A stretch of 12,088 nucleotides of DNA from Amoeboradix gromovi X-113 (Eukaryota; Fungi; Sanchytriomycota), in the NCBI GenBank assembly GCA_018985225.1, contig JADGIF010000273.1, positions 1 to 12,088 on the forward strand, in the 5' to 3' direction. The translations under genes and the position numbers were made by a program. Numbering within the stretch: the stretch's first letter is position 1; each line of letters opens with the position of its first letter. Of the stretch, positions 1 through 6,492 are shown piece by piece. Below the pieces are notes generated by a model. It was not told where the DNA came from. It did not search any database and saw only the letters and a program-made list of their open reading frames with translations.

Positions 1-2
1 CT

Positions 3-203
3 AGGAAAGAGTACCGTCTAAGAAAATGCACCTTTTGCTTAGATGCTCAAAGACCTTATATATTTGAACGAGATGCAGGGTCTTCTACTTTTATTTTAAA
101 AAGAGGATTGAAAGTAATGAAAGAAAACTGGTATAATAGAAGATCTTTTATTAATGATAGCATTTCCTGCGTATGGAGCACCTTTAAAAACGAGTTAGTC
201 TAG
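3..203 (+). mobile_element. Possible 3' end of a divergent TnpB/Fanzor-like ORF (zinc knuckle plus RuvC-III-like segment), open from the window edge
   Basis: Frame 3 is open from base 3 to TAG at 201-203: RKEYRLRKCTFCLDAQRPYIFERDAGSSTFILKRGLKVMKENW... The CxxC followed by ERDxxSxxxIL resembles the TnpB/Fanzor C-terminal CxxC...[DN]RDxNAAxNIL pattern, but NAA and NI are substituted. Confidence 0.4.
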
Positions 204-571
204 TTTTTATATTTGATGTACCAAAACTCAATGACGCAACAATGAGCTGCCAAGCACGTAATAAATCATGCAATGGAAGCTAATGATAGTTTTGATTTTA
301 TCAGCACTAGTGCTATAGATTTGCTTTATCACCAGCAATTAAAGTTCATATGAAGAGCAAGTAAGGTTATATCCTAAAATCTAGAATCAGAAGGGAACTT
401 CTACTACCTCTCAAGCAAAACACAGAAATTAGGCACATATTGTCGCAGCAGCCATCGACTTTATTTAAACAAATGAAAAAATTTCACGAGGAGCCAAGCT
501 GAGCCATGCTTGGGGCTTTAGGTCACACAATAATCAAATCATTTCTGTTTTATCCCCTACGAATCATAAAA

Positions 572-1534
572 ATGTTGTTTTTCAATCTTCTTGTGATAGG
601 AACTTTATCGCTTGAAAAGAATGAGTTATCCTCGCTGGAAACTTTTAATCAACTAATCCTTTTAGTGAGAAGTGGAAATGTAGTAGAATTCTCAACTTAT
701 GTTAATGCTCACGAAAACACATTGTTCAGATGCCCGGATAGTAGAGGGTGGCGGAGAGATCAAAGTGCTAATTTTGACTTATGTGTGACATTAGTAGATA
801 AGATTTTTACTCATCCAAGCCCAGATTTTGACAAGTTTGTTAATATACTAATCGGTTCCTCAATGTTAAGATCGCTTTACCTCATGGAAAAGCTGCTGCA
901 AGATAGAAGCCATTACAGCATTGGCCATTTCGCACGTATTTGGCCTTATCTGTATCAATATCCTACTCTGGCATTCTCTCGGACTTTTACAACCTATGTA
1001 ACAAGAAATCGAATCAGCGCTTTAGAGTACTACCGAAATACGGATGACCAGGCACTTGAATCCGCTCCCAATCTCAGAACTTTTATTCTTTCCATTTTCT
1101 GGAATACAGCTTCTATCAATGATTTCGAAACAAAATTTCCCATTCAAATTCCGAACTGGTTTTATTTCCTATCTATTGAAAGCCTTAACAGTGGCAGTTT
1201 TGTGCTCCTTTTGATACGCCAGTCAATTTGTATTGCTGATGTATTGAAGTACAAGTCGGCCATCCATTTCAATATGACACTGGCGATCAACTTGGATATT
1301 ATATTTCCGGTCAGAAACGGAAAGGCCTGGTACATTGAGATAAACGATAGCAATTTGGAATTCGATGTTGAATTATTGTACTTTTTAGGAAATCACGCTA
1401 ATAATATGGGATTGCGATCTAGAGAGTTGGCGGCTGCCTTAGATAATGATGACATGATAAAGGCTGCTTTTGCATACTGGACATATGGTCACCCCGACAG
1501 GGCAGCTGCAGCAAACAACGCTGCAACCTTATAG
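572..1534 (+). CDS. Orphan protein (~320 aa), possibly secreted
   Basis: Long uninterrupted ORF in AT-rich DNA. The ATG at 572 gives a signal-peptide-like start (MLFFNLLVIGTLS); an upstream in-frame ATG exists at 506. AATAAA lies at 1578-1583. No family recognised. Confidence 0.65.
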   Translation: MLFFNLLVIGTLSLEKNELSSLETFNQLILLVRSGNVVEFSTYVNAHENTLFRCPDSRGWRRDQSANFDLCVTLVDKIFTHPSPDFDKFVNILIGSSMLRSLYLMEKLLQDRSHYSIGHFARIWPYLYQYPTLAFSRTFTTYVTRNRISALEYYRNTDDQALESAPNLRTFILSIFWNTASINDFETKFPIQIPNWFYFLSIESLNSGSFVLLLIRQSICIADVLKYKSAIHFNMTLAINLDIIFPVRNGKAWYIEINDSNLEFDVELLYFLGNHANNMGLRSRELAAALDNDDMIKAAFAYWTYGHPDRAAAANNAATL

Positions 1535-1686
1535 ATAAAAAGTAACCTTAACTGTTACAGCTCATCGAACTTTGTAAAATAAATCATTTTATTGAGAATT
1601 TGTATATATTTGCATGACTTTTCGAATACTTTAAATACTCTATATTCTTCATTTTTACAAACGGTAAATCAAATCTAAAGAGATAA

Positions 1687-2036
1687 CTAATAGTTGCAGC
1701 ATACATTCATCAACGTTTAGGAACTGATCGAAACGTGAAAAAGTGGATGTCTTTTAACCTGTCTTCAAAAGAGATAAACGATACATAAACCTGTAAACTA
1801 TTTGTTTGATGATTCTTATGTGACTAGGCAAAGCTATAGTGTGTTGGTCTTACTACTTGTGCAATAATAGGGATCATACGGCAGCAAGGAACATATACAT
1901 CAAGTATCTGCATCCTTATTCAATCACGCCTCAGGGTAGTGCAAGCGTGAGCAATCACTGTAATGGAGCATTTAGCATTGCTAGTTTCTCTGTGGAAATT
2001 CTCGATTTTCTCGGAAATCTGGACTTTTAGCGAGGA
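1687..2036 (+). mobile_element. Decayed Fanzor2/IS607-TnpB-like element, 3' remnant (frameshifted, boundaries approximate)
   Basis: 1860-1910 reads CNNRDHTAARNIYIKYL, matching the RuvC-III motif [DN]RDxxAARNI. Upstream, across frameshifts, TCKLFV (1789-1806, frame 1) and DDSYVTRQ (1808-1831, frame 2) resemble the 'v.vdEsYTSk.C' segment. Stops and frameshifts indicate a relic. Confidence 0.7.
1945..2030 (+). ncRNA. Candidate omegaRNA scaffold / element right end
   Basis: It lies directly 3' of the RuvC-III motif. Stems: AGCAAT(1950-1955)/ATTGCT(1977-1982); TTTC(1985-1988)/GAAA(1995-1998); GATTTT(2004-2009)-CTCG-GAAATC(2014-2019). The position matches where TnpB/Fanzor omegaRNAs lie, but the stems are short. 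Confidence 0.3.
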
Positions 2037-2201
2037 GGTGGTATATTGTGATAAGAGATATAAACTCGTTAAAATTCTTAGGAAAGAGGACACATGAAGT
2101 CATGAATAGATCCTAAGTCTTAGTAACTACTAATAAAGCTTATGGACAACACTTCTATCATTTTGATTTGAAATTTAAGTTCTTCCAAGAAACATCGTTT
2201 A

Positions 2202-3005
2202 ATGTCAGCTCCACCAAAGCCATGGGAAACTGGAAATGATCAGATCGCAGCAACAGGAACAGTGCTTGATGCCGCAGGAAATGGACACAACACTGGATTC
2301 TCTGCAATAGGTGGAGGATATGGAGGGTACAGTGGCAATTCATTTGGTGGAGGATATGGAGGGTATAACTCTATGCTGGGTAACACATTTGGTAATTATG
2401 GAGGATACAACTCCATGATGAACCCTCAAATGCAAATGAACAATCCAGTAGTTGCTAAGCTGCAAACATTTCAGCAAATAATATCCACCTTTTATTCCAC
2501 GGCACACGTACTTGAAAGCAGTTATCAATTCATAATGAATATAGTTTACATATTCATAGGAATGCATGAGCAAATAGATGGCGCCAAGTCCAGGATGTGG
2601 AAATTTTACGATTCTACCAGATCTGTTATTTCTCAACTTAAAAATACAAGCATAAAAGATTTGATTCTTAAATTTTATAACAAAAAACCGTCATTGAATG
2701 CAGACGAATTTAAAAACTACTTGAAAAACAAAGAAAAGCATTGGAGTACACTGAAGCTAGTTCTGAGCATAATTGGGACCTTGTATTTCATAAGAAGAGT
2801 TGCTGCATATCTTATGCATGTGCCAATTGCTAAAATCGTTAATATATCACCGGAAATGCAGAATTTAGGACTTAAAATTGGAGATGGAATTGGTATACTG
2901 AGCTATAAACTACTAGACGTTGACGCTTCTAAACCACAATCACTAGCTAGGTGGCAAGGTAAGTCGATAAAGATTCCTACAGATTCATACGAAATAATAG
3001 AGTAA
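2202..3005 (+). CDS. PEX13: Peroxisomal membrane protein Pex13 (267 aa) with a degenerate C-terminal SH3-like domain
   Basis: N-terminal PPKPWE hallmark, Gly/Tyr-rich YG region, Peroxin-13_N-like segment (FQQIISTFYSTAHVLESSY...IGMHEQI), hydrophobic TM segment (LVLSIIGTLYFI) and SH3-like tail (LGLKIGDGIGILS...IPTDSYEII). Confidence 0.93.
   Translation: MSAPPKPWETGNDQIAATGTVLDAAGNGHNTGFSAIGGGYGGYSGNSFGGGYGGYNSMLGNTFGNYGGYNSMMNPQMQMNNPVVAKLQTFQQIISTFYSTAHVLESSYQFIMNIVYIFIGMHEQIDGAKSRMWKFYDSTRSVISQLKNTSIKDLILKFYNKKPSLNADEFKNYLKNKEKHWSTLKLVLSIIGTLYFIRRVAAYLMHVPIAKIVNISPEMQNLGLKIGDGIGILSYKLLDVDASKPQSLARWQGKSIKIPTDSYEIIE
2310..2365 (+). repeat. Intragenic direct repeat encoding GGGYGGY units of the Pex13 YG domain
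   Basis: GGTGGAGGATATGGAGGGTA occurs exactly at 2310-2329 and 2346-2365 (36-nt period). A diverged YGGYNSM copy follows near 2397-2417. Confidence 0.9.
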
Positions 3006-3157
3006 TTAATGCACGCAAATTGAAATAAATTATTTCTGAATTGCTTTTAGATCTCTTTATTTTCTTTTTCAAGCTCCAAATCAGGGCTTCATCTCGTTTA
3101 CATAACAAACAAAGAACTCGAAAAAGTTTCACGCTAATTGGATAACTAAAATGTTTA

Positions 3158-3925
3158 TTAATCATATCCTGATTGTTGGGCCCAGCTTAGGATAAAATTC
3201 GATTTTTCAGGGGTTAAATACTGTTCGTGCACTTGATGTACCTGTCTCTGACTTGGGCTTCGCTGGAGTGAAGCTCTGAACTTTCTTTGCGAATTGCGAA
3301 CAGATGTGGTTCGCATTAGCTGACTTTCATGCTGCTTCGTGTTGATTTGATCCAAAAGTTTCGGCTGGTTGACCTGTCTTGCACTATTGGAGCGGTTTAA
3401 ATTAGAATTTCGAAAATGCTTAATTTGAGTCTTTTTTTTTAGCGAATTAGGAGACAAAAGCGGCTTATCATCTTCATCGTCCGTTTTAAGGCTGCGGCTT
3501 CCCACGATCAATCTGTCACAATGATCGAATACGCTACCAAGAACATTTTTATCCTGTTTATAAAATTGATATCCAGAGGACTTATCATCAGACTCACTTT
3601 CACTAATGGGGTCCAGCGCGAAGGAAGAAGTCTGTCCACTATTACGGGTTCGAGGTGGTATACGTTGCGGAACCTCAACCGCTTCTTTTTTTCCCTCTTC
3701 AATTACTGTATTGTCGGTAGACATCAGCTTATCATCAATAACACTATCCGACCTGGTTCTAGACTGACAGCTATTGCAGATTGACACTGGTTTTGGTGGT
3801 GCAGTAATTAAATCAGTCTGTACTGATGTGCTAACTAACATATTCCTTGCTGTTTGATTTTCTGTTTGAGTTTCCATTGATATAGTTATCGCTTTCTTTT
3901 TTTTGTTAAAAATTCGGAACTTCAT
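3158..3925 (-). CDS. Orphan, largely disordered Ser/Gln/Lys/Arg-rich protein (~255 aa)
   Basis: Long ORF; the first ATG is at 3925 (the ORF-track start at 3943 is TTG). Low-complexity polar composition, basic N-terminus (KKKK), TQT/VQT motifs and several SP/TP sites. Confidence 0.7.
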   Translation of the reverse strand: MKFRIFNKKKKAITISMETQTENQTARNMLVSTSVQTDLITAPPKPVSICNSCQSRTRSDSVIDDKLMSTDNTVIEEGKKEAVEVPQRIPPRTRNSGQTSSFALDPISESESDDKSSGYQFYKQDKNVLGSVFDHCDRLIVGSRSLKTDDEDDKPLLSPNSLKKKTQIKHFRNSNLNRSNSARQVNQPKLLDQINTKQHESQLMRTTSVRNSQRKFRASLQRSPSQRQVHQVHEQYLTPEKSNFILSWAQQSGYD

Positions 3926-3964
3926 GCAACCAAAAAAAGACAAATTGTTTGATCTCCAAACTTG

Positions 3965-3994
3965 TGACTAATAAACCAATCATATTATTGGTCA
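3965..3994. promoter_or_regulatory. Inverted repeat with opposed CCAAT boxes in the ~200-bp divergent promoter
   Basis: TGACTAATAA(3965-3974)/TTATTGGTCA(3985-3994) is a 9/10 inverted match, with CCAAT at 3976-3980 and ATTGG at 3987-3991, between the divergent ATGs at 3925 and 4129. Confidence 0.35.
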
Positions 3995-4128
3995 TGTTTT
4001 AATTCAAGCTTACGTCTTGTAAGTGATAAATTAAAGAGAAGTCGATTAAGATCAGCGAAGCATTATGATACTGATACCGCTGTAATTATCAGAATATTTC
4101 CCACATTTTGTTCTCCTAATCAAGTATC

Positions 4129-6466
4129 ATGAATTACAGAAAAACTCAACTGCAAACCAGCAAGTCCGGAATTTATGTCATATCATCACATAAACTAGAT
4201 TACTACGACAACGGTAGTATGAAATCATACCCTTTACATGCTTTAACTAAAACTACAGCTATCGAAAACAGAACCATGGCAACAGGATTAAGTAATGGCA
4301 CGGTTATGCTATATGATATTCAGGATGAACTGAAGTTGAAGCAAACTATTGCTGGAGTGTCTTCTCACCCTGTATCCTGCTTGGAGCTTAATAACGAGAA
4401 TTTGTTTATCGGATATGAGCGTGCTAGAAATGAGGCATCCGTTGTAATATCAACTGTTCAAGGTAGCACTGTCATGGAGTATGGCCAGTCGGAGCATTGC
4501 ACTAGTGGTACTTGGTATACTCAAAACTGTATTTTGACAGGAATGAATAATAAGCTGATCCGAATGTATGACATAAGAGCAGACGATCCAACTGCGACGT
4601 GGTCTACTAAAGCCGTGTACAATATTATCAAAGATCCATTTAGCGAGTACGGTTTCTTGAGCTGTAATGACGATTCAATAAAAGTGTGGGATACTCGCAA
4701 TGTCATTCAAGATGTCCAATCTCTGGTGTTTAGAAATTGCAATAAAGTAGAGTACTCCAAAACCCGACCAATGTTCATTGGTGCCCTGTCCAAAGATACT
4801 AGGAAAATGAAATTTTGGGATATTCATGAATTTAATGGCAAGCTGCCAACCTTCAAGGTGTACAAATCATTCGATGATAAGTTAGATGGTATTCTGTCAT
4901 TTGGATTCGGATATTCTAATAAATCTAATAAGCATTTACTACATCTTTGTCAAAAACAACCATCGACTTCAAATGAATACGGCCTAGTGGATAAGACAAT
5001 TTGGGATGACGAGAGTTGCTCTTATTCTATCAAGTACAATCAGTTAGTGTCTCCTAGTACTGGTAGAGTCTACAAATTTGATACTCCGAGTGATGTGGTA
5101 ACAATAATCAAACATCGAATTGAAGAAGGATACGGTGCAAGTGCTATAATTAATGCAAGGATAAGTGGAGAGGATCATAGTAAATCAGCAATGATACCTC
5201 ATCCGGTGTTTTGTACAAGCGAAAATCAAGTGTCTCATTTATGGAACTGGATGGCATATCTGACTTCAATGAAAGATCTAGAAGAATTTAAATACATTTA
5301 TGGTGGGTTGGTGGATATGATGCAAAGCAATTTAGAGGATGAAGAGATTAGTTTAATAGATGCTCCATTCAATAGCATTATTACTAGCTCATCAAGATTA
5401 AAAGCATTATTGTTTCTTGGATATCCTGATTCAGAATCGGTATTTTCAAGATCTTTGGAAGAATTAGCATTACAGGGCAAGATAACAATAGCTGCAGGTA
5501 GATACTTTTTTGCCAGCGACTTATATTCCTGTACTAATTGTCTAATAAATGGCAACGATACAACACTACAACTGGTTGGTACTGTAATTTTGGGATATTC
5601 TTTCAAAAGTGCAGCATCTTCGCATTTGCATAATCTACTGAATAAAATAGATTGCCCGTTTATACAGGCAATTTTAACTTATTTGTATGAATTCAACTGG
5701 CTAGATGTGCTTGAAATTCCTGAGCTACCATTAGTTGATAAACTATACATTGCAATGCGATATTTAGACAACGTAAGCTTGGAGAAGTATTTGAAAAAAG
5801 AAACAAAACAACGAGTACAAGACGGGAGTCTCTTCGGATTGTATTTGACAGGTTTAGCATCTGATGATGCAATTCAACTACTTCAAAAATACATCGATAT
5901 TACTGGCGATCTACAAACAGCAGTTTTGGCATCTTTACAAATAGATATACAAACTCCAAAATATTCGAAATTAATTAAAAACTGGATTGGGTTGTACCGC
6001 AACTTGCTGAACAAGCTAGAGTGTTTTGAACAGCGGGCATCATTTGATATTGTTTACAGCTCAAAGTATCCTGATGCAGTGGCAGCAAGTCAGGTCCATT
6101 TAAAATGTCAATATTGTGGATTACCATTATTAAGTACCAATCAGTTTGGAAGGAACCCTAGTAGATTCTTTGGTCAAAGACAACAGCAGCAACATGTAGG
6201 GTACCCTATTAGATTTGGAGCATGCTCTAATTGCGGACAGTCCCTGCCGTTGTGTAGCTTATGCTCGTTACCAGTAGATACTAATACTCTGGGGTTAAAT
6301 ACCGATCAGTTCTACGTATGGTGTCAGCAATGTAACTAATACTAATATAGGCAGGCATGGTGGACATTACAATCATTTAATCGAGTGGTTCAATGGTCAC
6401 GATCAATGCGCAGTTGTTGGATGCGACTGCTGCTGCATGGATGGCAAACGAAATAATAAACTATAA
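4129..6466 (+). CDS. MIOS: GATOR2/SEACAT subunit MIOS/Sea4; two exons, join(4129..6331,6351..6466), 772 aa
   Basis: N-terminal WD40 repeats (IRMYDIR, IKVWDTR, MKFWDI), alpha-solenoid with GLYLTGL and LLQKYIDITGDLQTA motifs, and zinc motifs CQYC, CSNC and LPLCSLC. Splicing out 6332-6350 yields WCQQCRHGGHYNHLIEWFNGHDQCAVVGCDCCC, the expected MIOS C-terminal RING-type motif, then TAA at 6464-6466. Confidence 0.93.
6332..6350 (+). other. 19-nt spliceosomal-type intron (phase 1)
   Basis: GTAACTAATACTAATATAG has GT...AG ends, a branch-point-like TACTAAT (6340-6346) and an in-frame TAA. Its removal restores the CxxCRHGGH motif. Confidence 0.88.
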
Positions 6467-6492
6467 TTTTATTTAAGAAACCAATAATGCTC

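Noticed and set aside
246-353. Short open frame (AKHVINHAMEANDSF...) and 12-bp palindrome AGCACTAGTGCT at 303-314
   Set aside because: Too short, with no recognisable family, and compatible with chance; revisit only if the upstream Fanzor-like ORF is confirmed.
1839-2030. 63-aa ORF as an independent gene
   Set aside because: It starts at GTG and is better explained as part of the decayed Fanzor-like element.
2310-2365. 20-bp direct repeat as a CRISPR-like array
   Set aside because: There are only two copies, in frame within the PEX13 YG coding region.
6337-6339. Stop-codon reassignment or readthrough as the explanation for the MIOS break
   Set aside because: The conserved continuation is in a different frame, and TAA/TAG end PEX13, GT32 and FIS1 at their expected C-termini.
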